This document shows positions 16,043-26,313 of a stretch of 64,000 nt of DNA, in pieces; position 1 is the first letter of the stretch; the number at the start of each line of letters is the position of its first letter. Below the pieces are notes generated by a model that had not been told where the DNA came from, did no database searches, and was given only the letters and a program-made list of their open reading frames with translations. The position numbers and the translations under genes were made by a program. The DNA comes from Bacillota bacterium. Lineage in GTDB: Bacteria > Bacillota > Clostridia > Lachnospirales > Cellulosilyticaceae. Location of the stretch: contig JAEYNQ010000267.1 of NCBI GenBank assembly GCA_023412455.1, positions 5,302 through 69,301 on the forward strand. The letters run 5' to 3'.

Positions 16043-17527
16043 ATGGAGTTAAAATTATTTCATTATATAGATGAAGTGCTTGGTGAATTAGAGGATATTA
16101 GGGAAGAACTGGAGGAAATTAGCCAAGAGCTTGAATTATTTTTTGAGAAGCTCTTATTTACAGCAGAAAAGGGATTCGTAAATATGAATACCCGAGTAAA
16201 ATCTAAAAAAAGCTTAAAAGAAAAAATTATTCGTAATGATTATTATCAAAAGTATAATACCATAGAAACAGTACTAGAAAATGTACCAGATCTCATTGGA
16301 GTTCGAATAGAATGTCGTTTTAATCAAGATGAATCAGAACTTTATAAGTTTATTAAAAAGCAATTTAGTGAAAAATCAGATGGGTTAGAAGAATATTATT
16401 ATTGCCCAGAGAATCCGGGTGTTTTATTAGACTTAGGAGGTAAGCAACCTAAAGAGCAAAAAAATGGTGTTAAAATGTATCGTATTGATGGAAAATACAT
16501 AAAGGAGAATGCAGTCATCAATTTTGAGGTACAGATTAAATCATTAGTTAATGTCTTTTGGAGTGAAATTGAGCACAAGATTATATACAAGAACTATAAT
16601 TATGTTATTGCCGATCGGTTTTATAAGGATATTATGAAATCGATTAAGAACAGCTTATCTACTATTGACCAACAGCTTCTTCTTATTTCTAATCAATTTG
16701 AGAAGGAAGATACGACTCAATTTGATGAACGGGAGGAGCAATTAGAAAAGCTTATCTCAAAAATTATCTATGATGTATTTGCTACCCACATGAAGGAAAG
16801 TATTGGTGTACTAGTGGATTTCAGAAAATCCTGTGAAGCGATTGTAAAATATATGCTAAGAGAGACACATAAGGAAGATATGGATAGATATAGTACAAAT
16901 CTTCTTTTAGGGCTTGAACGCATTCGACAAATTGATCAAAAGAATATTGACTTTAAAAAACAGATTGTTTTTGAGAGACAGCCTCTATTTAAAGAAGAAT
17001 TAACACGAAGAATAGGAAATCACATTAAAGATAAGATGAATGAGGAATTTCAGTGGAGTTTATTTTTTACAGTCCTTTTTCAGATTGAAGCTGGGGATAA
17101 TGTAGAGGATTTTGAAAAATTTTTAGTGTACTATACCAGCAAGCTACAAGAACGTATAGCCAGTTCAAAAATAAGTGCTAATTTCACTCAAGAAGAGACA
17201 GAGCAGATTATGAATAAAATTATGCTAAAGTATGCTGATCTTTTTATACAAGTCAACTCCGTGCAACTCCTTTATGAGAATATATTGGAGCAGGTTTTGA
17301 AAATCATTAATAGTGTTATTGATGCCATCTATAGAAATATTATTACCTATGAGCAATGGGAGAAGGAACAAGGCATCTATACCGAGCTTATGGAGTTAAG
17401 GCTATTGACCTTATTTGATATGGATATCTCATCGGCTAAGGTACTTGATTTTTTAGAACATGTGAGACATAGCAAGTCAACCATTGATATTCCAAAAGGT
17501 TTATTGAAATACATCTATAAAATCTAA
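16043..17527 (+). CDS. RelA/SpoT-synthetase-fold nucleotidyltransferase fused to a ~300-aa unassigned helical C-terminal region
   Basis: The ordered motifs are R51VKSKKSLKEK, D83LIGVR, N141G, and E162VQIKS..W..E.EH178...YK183. There is no HD hydrolase domain and no TGS/ACT domain. The gene has its own promoter-like TGGTATAAT and its own terminator. Confidence 0.7.
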   Translation: MELKLFHYIDEVLGELEDIREELEEISQELELFFEKLLFTAEKGFVNMNTRVKSKKSLKEKIIRNDYYQKYNTIETVLENVPDLIGVRIECRFNQDESELYKFIKKQFSEKSDGLEEYYYCPENPGVLLDLGGKQPKEQKNGVKMYRIDGKYIKENAVINFEVQIKSLVNVFWSEIEHKIIYKNYNYVIADRFYKDIMKSIKNSLSTIDQQLLLISNQFEKEDTTQFDEREEQLEKLISKIIYDVFATHMKESIGVLVDFRKSCEAIVKYMLRETHKEDMDRYSTNLLLGLERIRQIDQKNIDFKKQIVFERQPLFKEELTRRIGNHIKDKMNEEFQWSLFFTVLFQIEAGDNVEDFEKFLVYYTSKLQERIASSKISANFTQEETEQIMNKIMLKYADLFIQVNSVQLLYENILEQVLKIINSVIDAIYRNIITYEQWEKEQGIYTELMELRLLTLFDMDISSAKVLDFLEHVRHSKSTIDIPKGLLKYIYKI

Positions 17528-17544
17528 TGAATGAAAAGGAGAAG

Positions 17545-17580
17545 GCTACTACAAAGAGTCAAAAATTGTAGTAGCTTTAT
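17545..17580 (+). terminator. Rho-independent terminator
   Basis: GCTACTACAA pairs with TTGTAGTAGC across an 11-nt loop and is followed by TTTAT. Confidence 0.65.
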
Positions 17581-17713
17581 ATATATAATTAGGTATTCAA
17601 GTTCATAAATATTAAGGATATATAGGAGCAAGATAAAAAATATGTTATAATATAAAAATGTATAAACAAGTTAATACAATATAAAATATTTCATATTATC
17701 AGGAGGAATATCA

Positions 17714-19999
17714 GTGATTAAATTATATGATGGTGGTGTTTATCTCGTTAATGGGAGAGAACTCGTAGAGGACAACAAGGAGGCTAGCAAAGTTATAGCT
17801 CAAAAATGTGGACAAGAAGTCAAAAAAGAAGAAGCTATTTGTCAAACAATAGCCTATAGTATTTTAGAGGCCCATAATACTTCAGGGAATATGGAAAAGT
17901 TAAAGATTAAATTTGATGCCATGGCTTCTCATGACATTACTTATGTAGGCATTATTCAAACAGCTAGGGCCAGTGGGCTTGAGAAATTCCCACTTCCTTA
18001 TGTATTAACCAACTGCCACAATAGCTTATGTGCAGTTGGTGGAACCATTAATGAAGATGACCATATGTTTGGGCTTTCAGCAGCAAAGAAATATGGTGGG
18101 GTTTATGTACCTGCTCATCAAGCTGTTATTCATCAATATATGCGTGAAATGATGAGTGGTTGTGGCAAAATGATTTTAGGTTCAGACAGCCACACCCGAT
18201 ATGGTGCATTAGGAACTATGGCTATTGGTGAAGGGGGAGGAGAGCTTGCTAAACAACTTCTTTCTAAAACCTATGATGTGAATCGTCCAGGCGTAGTAGC
18301 TGTTTATTTAACAGGTAAACCTCAAAAGGGGGTAGGGCCACAAGACGTAGCCCTTGCTATCATTGGTAAAGTCTTTAAAAATGGTTATGTCAAAAATAAG
18401 GTTATGGAGTTTGTAGGAGATGGTATTCAAGACTTAGGTGTGGAATATCGTAATGGTATTGATGTTATGACTACAGAGACAACCTGTCTTTCTTCTATTT
18501 GGGAGACGGATGAAAAGGTAGAAGGTTACTTTGAAAGTCATGGTCGCAAGGAAGCTTATAAGGAATTAAAACCAGGTAAAGTGGCTTATTATGATGGTGC
18601 CATTTACGTGGACTTATCCCTTATTAAACCTATGATTGCCCTTCCTTTCCATCCAAGTAATACCTATACTATTGAAGAATTAAATGCCAACCTAGAAGAT
18701 ATTTTACATACAGTCGAGGAGACAGCAAAGGCTCAATTTGCTAAAGTCAACTTTACCCTTAGAGATAAAATTATAAATGGCAAACTCATGGTACAGCAAG
18801 GGGTTATTGCAGGATGTGCAGGAGGAACCTTTGACAATATCTGTGATGCAGCAGATATTCTAAAAGGTCATACTATTGGAGCCAATGAATATGCCCTTAG
18901 TATTTATCCTTCCAGTCAGCCTACCTTTATGAGCCTTGTAGAAAATGGTGCAATCACTACCCTTATGGCAGCAGGTGCAACTATTCGTACAGCCTTCTGT
19001 GGTCCATGCTTTGGAGCAGGAGATGTGCCTCCTAATAATGGATTAAGTATCCGTCACTCTACCCGTAACTTCCCTAATCGTGAAGGCTCTAAACCAAGCG
19101 ATGGACAGCTGGCAGCAGTTGCTCTTATGGATGCACGTAGTATTGCGGCAACCTCTATTAATGGAGGTATTCTTACAGCAGCTACAGACCTTGATGTGGA
19201 ATTTACAAAGCCAAAATACTATTTTAATAGCGAAATTTACAAGACACGTTGTTATAATGGCGTAGGTAAGCCACAGCCAGAGGAAGCCCTTAAGTTTGGT
19301 CCTAATATTACAGACTGGCCTCAAATGTCCCAGCTTACAGACCACCTTGTTCTTAAAGTAGTAGCTGAGATTCATGATCCCGTTACAACCACAGATGAGC
19401 TTATTCCTTCAGGAGAAACTTCTAGCTATCGTTCAAACCCACTTAAGTTAGCAGAATTTACTCTTTCACGTCGCGTACCTGACTATGTAGAAAGAGCAAA
19501 AGAGATCCAAAAGGCAGAAGTGGCTCGATTAAATGGCGAAGACCCAACAACAGTAGATGCTGATGTACAAGCAGTATTTCATACCATAAAGACCCTTGCA
19601 GGCTTTGAAGACATTAACTCTTGTGAAGTAGGGATTGGTAGCACTATTTTTGCAGTAAAACCAGGGGACGGTTCGGCTAGAGAACAAGCAGCTTCTTGTC
19701 AAAAGGTATTAGGAGGCTGGGCTAATATTGCAAGAGAGTATGCAACCAAGCGTTATCGTTCAAACCTTATTAACTGGGGAATGATTCCTTTCGTACTAGA
19801 AGAAGAACTGAATTTCAAAAATGGGGATTTCTTATTTGTACCCCATATTAAAGAAGCAGTGGCCAATAAAATAGCAACCATTAAAGCTTATGTTATAGGC
19901 GATGAAGTAAAGAGCTTTAACCTAACGTTAGCTGATTTAACAGACGATGAAAGACAAATCATCTTAGCTGGTTGCCTCATCAACTATTATAAGAAATAG
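17714..19999 (+). CDS. Aconitate hydratase (aconitase-family Fe-S hydro-lyase)
   Basis: It has the cluster-ligand motifs GSDSHT and CGPCFG, plus a C-terminal swivel domain. It is 761 aa, with a GTG start 7 nt after AGGAGG. Confidence 0.85.
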   Translation: MIKLYDGGVYLVNGRELVEDNKEASKVIAQKCGQEVKKEEAICQTIAYSILEAHNTSGNMEKLKIKFDAMASHDITYVGIIQTARASGLEKFPLPYVLTNCHNSLCAVGGTINEDDHMFGLSAAKKYGGVYVPAHQAVIHQYMREMMSGCGKMILGSDSHTRYGALGTMAIGEGGGELAKQLLSKTYDVNRPGVVAVYLTGKPQKGVGPQDVALAIIGKVFKNGYVKNKVMEFVGDGIQDLGVEYRNGIDVMTTETTCLSSIWETDEKVEGYFESHGRKEAYKELKPGKVAYYDGAIYVDLSLIKPMIALPFHPSNTYTIEELNANLEDILHTVEETAKAQFAKVNFTLRDKIINGKLMVQQGVIAGCAGGTFDNICDAADILKGHTIGANEYALSIYPSSQPTFMSLVENGAITTLMAAGATIRTAFCGPCFGAGDVPPNNGLSIRHSTRNFPNREGSKPSDGQLAAVALMDARSIAATSINGGILTAATDLDVEFTKPKYYFNSEIYKTRCYNGVGKPQPEEALKFGPNITDWPQMSQLTDHLVLKVVAEIHDPVTTTDELIPSGETSSYRSNPLKLAEFTLSRRVPDYVERAKEIQKAEVARLNGEDPTTVDADVQAVFHTIKTLAGFEDINSCEVGIGSTIFAVKPGDGSAREQAASCQKVLGGWANIAREYATKRYRSNLINWGMIPFVLEEELNFKNGDFLFVPHIKEAVANKIATIKAYVIGDEVKSFNLTLADLTDDERQIILAGCLINYYKK

Positions 20000-20015
20000 T
20001 CTATCAATGATAGGG

Positions 20016-20046
20016 ATACGGAGTGAGAATACGCTCCGTATTTTTA
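20016..20046 (+). terminator. Rho-independent terminator after aconitase
   Basis: ATACGGAG pairs with CTCCGTAT and is followed by TTTTT. Confidence 0.65.
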
Positions 20047-20118
20047 GTTTGTAGGAAAGTTGGTGTGTTACACTTTCACTACTTCGCCAACCGATACGTG
20101 TCCTGTGGACACTTTTTA
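20041..20118 (+). repeat. Dispersed intergenic repeat, copy B
   Basis: It carries the same core (ACACTTTCACTACTTCGCCAACCGATACGTGT), followed by the hairpin GTGTCC-TGT-GGACAC and TTTTT. Confidence 0.7.
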
Positions 20119-20383
20119 TGACAAAGGGACAGTTCACTCATTTTTTAGTGGGACGGCCCCTTCTTTTAAATCTATAAGTCTACAGAAATAGTGCTATAAA
20201 TTGTCTATAAATATAAAAAAAGCACAATATAAAGAAAATATTAGAAAAATATGTTGACATATTAGATAAATATGATACTATTTAATTATAAAAACTAGTA
20301 TTATTAAATAGTAAAGTGGTTTAGTAGAACGGTTTAAAAGATGAATTATTCAATTCATTTTTTTATTTGATTAGTAGATAAAA

Positions 20384-20398
20384 CGGTTTACTAAACCG
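20384..20398. promoter_or_regulatory. Candidate LacI-family operator (perfect 7-1-7 palindrome)
   Basis: CGGTTTA-C-TAAACCG lies 62 nt upstream of the LacI-family gene. A related half-site AACGGTTTA sits at 20328-20336, and both are preceded by TTAGTAGA. Confidence 0.4.
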
Positions 20399-20459
20399 GT
20401 GCACCTTAGGGTCATTTGATTATTACATTAAAGAAGAGAAGAGAAGTGAGTGTATAGGT

Positions 20460-21569
20460 ATGAATAAATCGAATATTAATGATGTTGCACAATACGCAGG
20501 GGTTTCAAAGTCGACAGTATCTAATTATTTAAATCATAAATTTGAGAGTATGTCTGCTGAAACTAAAATAAAAATAGAGGAAGCTATTGAAAAATTAAAT
20601 TACACTCCAAGTTTAAGTGCACGTAGGCTGTCGGCCAAAGAGAACTGCAAGGCCATTGGTATTATTATTCCACATAATATAGGCTATGCATTTGAAAATT
20701 TATATTTTCCAATAGTACTAAGAGCTATAGGGCGTATTGCAGAAAAAATGAACAACAAGATTATTATTTTTTCCAGCGATGGGAGGGGGATAGAAAAAAG
20801 CTTAGATTATTTAAAGGGAATGGTTCCAACAGTTGTAGATGGCTTTATTTTATTTGATCTTGAACAGAATAATTTTTACTTCAAGGAATTTGAAAGAGTG
20901 AACATACCATATGTTTGTGTAGGTAAAATTGATAAGTATGAAGATTACTATTATGTAGCATCTAATCACAAAAAGGCAGTCATGGATTCAGTTAATTATC
21001 TTATTCAATTAGGACATACAAAGATAGGATTCATAATGGAGAATAGTACAAGTATTGTTTCTCAATGTCAATTTAAAGGCTATAGAGAAGTATTAGAGGA
21101 AAATAATATATCTTTAAGTAAAGAGTATTATTGCTATATTGATGAATATGGTCATAATGGGATCAATGATGCTTATCAGAAATTTAGGAGAATGCTTCAA
21201 TCTAAAGACAGACCTACAGCTATTATCACACCTATGGTTTATTTAACACCCCTATTTACTATACTTAATGAAGGAGGACTTAAAATACCCGAAGATATTT
21301 CGATTATAGTTTTAGAACATAATGATAACCATCAACTAGCACATCTCAATTTTACTAGGGTACCGTCTGCAGCAGAAAAGGTCGCTGAACTAGCATTTAG
21401 AAAGCTCATTAAAGAAATAAGCAATAAGAAGGAGTCTTTTAAATCCAAAATAATAGACCTTGAATTAGTTATTGGAGATACGACATCAAGCATTAGTATT
21501 AATGAAAGTACTAATGAAAGTACCAATGAAAGTACGGATAACAATGTAAAACCTAAACAATCATTTTAA
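20460..21569 (+). CDS. LacI-family transcriptional regulator
   Basis: The N-terminal HTH reads NINDVAQYAGVSKSTVSNYLN and is followed by a periplasmic-binding-fold core. The C-terminal tail is unusual (INESTNESTNESTDNN). Confidence 0.85.
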   Translation: MNKSNINDVAQYAGVSKSTVSNYLNHKFESMSAETKIKIEEAIEKLNYTPSLSARRLSAKENCKAIGIIIPHNIGYAFENLYFPIVLRAIGRIAEKMNNKIIIFSSDGRGIEKSLDYLKGMVPTVVDGFILFDLEQNNFYFKEFERVNIPYVCVGKIDKYEDYYYVASNHKKAVMDSVNYLIQLGHTKIGFIMENSTSIVSQCQFKGYREVLEENNISLSKEYYCYIDEYGHNGINDAYQKFRRMLQSKDRPTAIITPMVYLTPLFTILNEGGLKIPEDISIIVLEHNDNHQLAHLNFTRVPSAAEKVAELAFRKLIKEISNKKESFKSKIIDLELVIGDTTSSISINESTNESTNESTDNNVKPKQSF

Positions 21570-21598
21570 AAGCTGAGATTAAACAAGGGGGAAGAAAA

Positions 21599-22951
21599 AT
21601 GAGAAAATTTAAAAAAATAATGGTATTACTTATGTCGACAATGATGGCCTTAACTACAGCATGTGCACCAAGTACTCCAACTAAGGAAAATGTAAAGGCA
21701 GAGGAGACAGCAAAGACTGAAGAGACAAAAGAGCCAGAAAAAGCTCCTGAGGAGAAGCAAAAAATTATCTTCTGGGATAAGTCAGAGTATGTTAAAGAAT
21801 ATAATGAAATGATGGCAGAAAAATGTAAAGCTTTTACAGCACAGACTGGTATTGAAGTAGATTATGTAATCATTCCACCTAATGATCTTAAGCAAAAGAT
21901 CATGGCAGGTATTGAAGCTAAGAATGTACCGGATTTAATCGTTGGAGATGATGCACTTTGTGCACAGTTTGTTACGATGGATCAAATAGCTGAAGTACCA
22001 GAGCTTAATGCAAAATTAAATCTTAACGAGGCAGCTCAAGGTATTGCAAAGCTCAATGATAAAGAGTTTCTAACACCACTGGCATTTCTTGCACCAGGTA
22101 TGTACTGGAGAAAAGATATGTGGGAAGCAAAAGGGCTTGCAATGCCAACAACGTGGGAAGAACTTAAGGAGCATGCAAAAAAAGTCAATGATCCACAGAA
22201 TGGTTTCTATGCTCTTGGCTTCCCAATGGGGGCATCAGGAGGCGGCGATGCAGAAGGTTTCATGAGATCTGTTATTAATAGCTTTGGTGGAAAAGTTGTG
22301 GATGAAACGGGTAAGGTAACTGTAAATTCTAAAGAAACGTTAGAGGCACTTAAATATGTTGCTTCATTATTTGATGAGGGGTTAGTACCACCAGATGCAA
22401 TCACTTGGGATGATATGGGAAATAATAACGCTTATCTTGCAGGTACTGTAGGAGTTATCTTCAACTCGGGTTCTGTTTGGTCAACACTTAATAAAGAAAA
22501 TCCTGATCTTTTAGCAAAAACTCAAATTATTGCTTATCCAAAGGGACCAACAGGAGAAGCGTTTGTACCTGGTGGAAGTAATGTATTTGCAACATTTAAA
22601 AATGGCAAAAATCCAGAAGGCGCAAAACAATTAATCGAATTTATATTTAGTGATAAAGCAGCTTATCAACAACTAGTAGAAGCTATGGGCGGTATGTGGC
22701 AGCCAGTAACTAACGAAAGTGATGATACAGAATTCTGGAAACAGCCTATTAATGCAGGTTGGCTTGCAAACTCAAAAGCAGTTGCAAGAACCTTTGCTCC
22801 AGCTCCAACAGATGAATTTGCTCAGCAAGTTTTTGCAAATCAAGTATGTGTTAAAGCTATGCAAAAGATCATTGTTAATAAGATGGATCCACAGCAGGCA
22901 CTTAATGAACTCGAAGCTGAGGTGACAGAAGTATATAAAAACAGAAAATAA
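21599..22951 (+). CDS. ABC transporter extracellular solute-binding lipoprotein (carbohydrate family)
   Basis: It has a lipobox (LTTAC) after a signal peptide and an acidic linker. It is 450 aa and is followed by two MalF/MalG-type permease genes. Confidence 0.85.
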   Translation: MRKFKKIMVLLMSTMMALTTACAPSTPTKENVKAEETAKTEETKEPEKAPEEKQKIIFWDKSEYVKEYNEMMAEKCKAFTAQTGIEVDYVIIPPNDLKQKIMAGIEAKNVPDLIVGDDALCAQFVTMDQIAEVPELNAKLNLNEAAQGIAKLNDKEFLTPLAFLAPGMYWRKDMWEAKGLAMPTTWEELKEHAKKVNDPQNGFYALGFPMGASGGGDAEGFMRSVINSFGGKVVDETGKVTVNSKETLEALKYVASLFDEGLVPPDAITWDDMGNNNAYLAGTVGVIFNSGSVWSTLNKENPDLLAKTQIIAYPKGPTGEAFVPGGSNVFATFKNGKNPEGAKQLIEFIFSDKAAYQQLVEAMGGMWQPVTNESDDTEFWKQPINAGWLANSKAVARTFAPAPTDEFAQQVFANQVCVKAMQKIIVNKMDPQQALNELEAEVTEVYKNRK

Positions 22952-23108
22952 ACTTTTGTATTCCTGGTAGAAAGAATTCTTCTCTAAGAAGAGTATAGGG
23001 TATTTAGATTTAATAATAACTGTTCAAACCCTGCCGTGGACAGTTATTATACTAAAATTTACCGACATAAACTTACCGGTTACGGCGACGGATAAATAAT
23101 GGAGGCAT

Positions 23109-23996
23109 ATGTTATTTAAAACTAACAAAAATTCTATAACACGGTCAGACAAGATGTTAGGAATATTGTTCATCATACCGGTAGTCATTGTCATATTTGG
23201 TATTATGGGCATTCCTTTTATAAGAGCAGTCTATTTAAGTTTTACAGACAAGGTGGTAGGAAGACAAGAACAGTTTGTTGGATTACAAAACTATATAAGG
23301 CTGTTTAAAGATCCTACTTATTGGAAGGTTGTTAAGAATACCATTGTCTATACGATTGGAGGAGTGGGCGTCAAGCTAATATTTGGCATGATGTTAGCGC
23401 TTGTTTTAAATCAAAGATTTATAGGGAGAGGATTTTTTAGGACAGTATTGTTGCTGCCATGGGCACTGCCTGGGATGGTAGCAGCAATGACTTGGAGATG
23501 GATGTATGACAGTACTTATGGCATCATCAATAGTATTCTATTATCTTTAAATATAATACAAATGCCTATACCTTGGCTTAGTCTCCCCAGTATTACACTC
23601 TATACAGTTATGATTGTCAATATATGGAGAGGGGTACCTTTCTTTTTGTTTAGCCTGCTGGGGGGACTTCAAACAATTGATGGTCAAATGTATGAAGCAG
23701 CATATGTGGATGGAGCAGGCGTTATCAGGCAGTTTTTTGCCATTACACTACCATCAATAGCTAGTGTTTTGAAGATTACAACATTACTGTCGCTGATTTG
23801 GACATTTAATGACTTTGAGAATATTTTCCTAGTAACAGGTGGTGGGCCGCTTTATTCATCATCAGTTATATCCACCTATACATATGATTTAGCATTGATT
23901 CAAAATGCATTTGGAGCTTCTTTAGCAACGGCGGTATCTGTCGTTCCACTACTTATTGTTGTCATAGTGTTTTCGACAAAAACAAAGGAAAATTGA
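23109..23996 (+). CDS. Carbohydrate ABC transporter permease (MalF/UgpA-like)
   Basis: It has 6 TM segments and the EAA loop YEAAYVDGAGVIRQFFAITLP. Confidence 0.85.
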   Translation: MLFKTNKNSITRSDKMLGILFIIPVVIVIFGIMGIPFIRAVYLSFTDKVVGRQEQFVGLQNYIRLFKDPTYWKVVKNTIVYTIGGVGVKLIFGMMLALVLNQRFIGRGFFRTVLLLPWALPGMVAAMTWRWMYDSTYGIINSILLSLNIIQMPIPWLSLPSITLYTVMIVNIWRGVPFFLFSLLGGLQTIDGQMYEAAYVDGAGVIRQFFAITLPSIASVLKITTLLSLIWTFNDFENIFLVTGGGPLYSSSVISTYTYDLALIQNAFGASLATAVSVVPLLIVVIVFSTKTKEN

Positions 23997-24009
23997 GGAG
24001 GATAAAAGC

Positions 24010-24849
24010 GTGGTTATCAGCAAAAAAAGTAAAATATTAAGATGTTTTTTAACCTATGGGATTTTAGTTATCTCCTTAATTTTCACTTTGTTTCCCTTCT
24101 ACTGGATGCTTAAATCTTCTATAACAGTCAACAAACAGATGTATCTTCCAAGACCTAAGTTAATCCCAACAGAAATAACGTTTGAGCATTATACAGCACT
24201 CTTTAAACAAACGGGTTTTATGCAAAATATGTATAATAGCTTTTATGTAGCTACTATAACGACAGTTATTTGTTTAGTCATTAGTATTTTAGGCTCCTAT
24301 GCTTTAACAAGGCTGAGATTTCCGTTTAGGAAATTCTTTAGTCAAAGTATCATTATATCTTATCTTTTACCAACAGCAGTTTTATTTATTCCAATGTATG
24401 TAACCATCAGTGCATTAGGCTTTAATGATAACAAAAATGGCCTTCTTATTATTTATCCAACTTTTGTAGTACCGTACTGTTGTTACATGCTTCGCAGTTA
24501 CTTTGAAGCAGTGCCCTACTCTTTGGAAGAAGCAGCTATGATAGATGGATGTAATAGATTTATGTCTATGATCAAGATTGTACTTCCGATTGCAGCACCT
24601 GGAATTGCAGTTGTTGCAACTTTTGCCTACACCATGTGCTGGAATGAATACTTGTATGCACTTATTATGACAACAAGTCCACTACAGCAAACAGTAACTG
24701 TAGGAATTTCTAGTTTTAAATTCTCAGACCAAGCTATTTGGGGTCTCATTATGAGTGCTTCTACTATAGCTTCCTTACCGGTAGTTGTCATATATGTTTT
24801 GGCACAAAGCTGGCTTATTTCAGGTAAAGCAGACGGAAGCGTTAAATAA
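24010..24849 (+). CDS. Carbohydrate ABC transporter permease (MalG/UgpE-like)
   Basis: It has a GTG start and the EAA loop LEEAAMIDGCNRFMSMIKIVLP. Confidence 0.85.
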   Translation: MVISKKSKILRCFLTYGILVISLIFTLFPFYWMLKSSITVNKQMYLPRPKLIPTEITFEHYTALFKQTGFMQNMYNSFYVATITTVICLVISILGSYALTRLRFPFRKFFSQSIIISYLLPTAVLFIPMYVTISALGFNDNKNGLLIIYPTFVVPYCCYMLRSYFEAVPYSLEEAAMIDGCNRFMSMIKIVLPIAAPGIAVVATFAYTMCWNEYLYALIMTTSPLQQTVTVGISSFKFSDQAIWGLIMSASTIASLPVVVIYVLAQSWLISGKADGSVK

Positions 24850-24889
24850 ATTAACCTAATCATCACTAATTACAGAAAGAGGATAAAAT

Positions 24890-26266
24890 ATGAATGAAAA
24901 AGTTGAGAGTTATGAGAAGGTATTAGATTATGTCAATACGAGATCAAGACCTTCAGAATTACGTATTACAGATCTAAGAGTTGTCGATATTGTAGACGCA
25001 CCTATGCATTGTATGCTTGTTAAAATCTATACCAATCAAGGATTAGTAGGATATGGCGAAGTGAGGGATGGTGCCTCGAGAAATTTTGTGCTCGCCTTAA
25101 AGAGCAGGATTATAGGTGAAAACCCATGTGAGATTGATAAGTTGTTCAGAAGGATTAAACAATTTGGTGGGCATGCAAGACAAGGGGGAGGCGTATGTGC
25201 TATAGAGCTTGCTTTGTGGGATTTAGCAGGTAAAGCATATGGGATTCCCGTGTATCAAATGCTTGGAGGTAAGTTTAGAGACAGTATACGTATGTATTGT
25301 GATACAGATATTGAAGGAAAACATAATGGTACAGAAATGGGTAGGGCACTTAGAGCACGTATGGATAAGGGATTTACTTTTTTAAAGATGGATTTAGGTA
25401 TTGATCTTCTTTATGAAGAACCTGGAACCCTCACTGCACCTTTAGGTTTTGTTAAGGAACTTAACCAAACAAAGGCCTATGCACCTATTCGGAGGAGCTT
25501 AACTGATAGAGAGAGAATGGAGAGAGCAAGATACTATGATATCCAAAATATACCTCATCCATTTACTGGTATTCAAGTAACAGAAAAGGGTTATGATATT
25601 TTAGAACAATATGTGGCAGATGTCAGAAAAGAAATAGGATATGATATTCCACTTGCTATTGACCACTTTGGACATATTGGTGTGGAAGCCTGTATCAGAC
25701 TGGCAAGGAGAATTGAAAAGTATAACATCGCATGGATGGAAGATATGATTCCATGGCAGCTTACAGATCAGTATGTAAGACTTGCAAATTCTACAAGTAT
25801 ACCTATTTGTACAGGTGAAGACATTTTCCTAAAAGAAAACTTCAGACCATTATTAGAAAAGGGCGGTGTTTCAGTGATTCATCCGGATATCTTAACATCA
25901 GGAGGAATTCTTGAAAATAAGAAAATCGGAGATATGGCAGCAGAGTATGGTGTAGCAATGGCAGTACATATGGCAGAGAGCCCGATAGCTTGTATGGCAG
26001 CAGTACATAGCATTGCAGCAACTGAGAATTTCTTGGCGCTGGAATTCCATTCTAATGATGTACCATGGTGGAACGATCTTGTTAATGGCCTTCCTAAACC
26101 AATCGTACAGAATGGATTTATTAAGGTGCCGGATACACCAGGCCTTGGGATTGAGTCTCTTAATGATGAAGTCATCGCCCAACATCTTCACCCAGACTAT
26201 AAAGGTATGTGGGAACCAACGAATGAGTGGGATCATGACTACTCCCATGACCGTACCTGGAGTTAA
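24890..26266 (+). CDS. Enolase-superfamily (mandelate racemase/muconate lactonizing family) acid-sugar dehydratase-like enzyme
   Basis: The capping domain reads LVKIYTNQGLVGYGE. The barrel metal ligands appear in the expected order (AIDHFGH, AWMEDM, CTGEDIF). At 458 aa it is longer than typical ~400-aa members. Confidence 0.78.
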   Translation: MNEKVESYEKVLDYVNTRSRPSELRITDLRVVDIVDAPMHCMLVKIYTNQGLVGYGEVRDGASRNFVLALKSRIIGENPCEIDKLFRRIKQFGGHARQGGGVCAIELALWDLAGKAYGIPVYQMLGGKFRDSIRMYCDTDIEGKHNGTEMGRALRARMDKGFTFLKMDLGIDLLYEEPGTLTAPLGFVKELNQTKAYAPIRRSLTDRERMERARYYDIQNIPHPFTGIQVTEKGYDILEQYVADVRKEIGYDIPLAIDHFGHIGVEACIRLARRIEKYNIAWMEDMIPWQLTDQYVRLANSTSIPICTGEDIFLKENFRPLLEKGGVSVIHPDILTSGGILENKKIGDMAAEYGVAMAVHMAESPIACMAAVHSIAATENFLALEFHSNDVPWWNDLVNGLPKPIVQNGFIKVPDTPGLGIESLNDEVIAQHLHPDYKGMWEPTNEWDHDYSHDRTWS

Positions 26267-26313
26267 TCTTTATAAACAAAAAAAATATAGCATAAAGGGA
26301 GAGGTATAAAGCA

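Noticed and set aside
25879-26309. ORFs 25879-26175, 25898-26248 and 26013-26309 overlapping the enolase-superfamily gene
   Set aside because: They are alternative-frame or antisense ORFs within a gene whose own frame carries the family's metal-ligand motifs.
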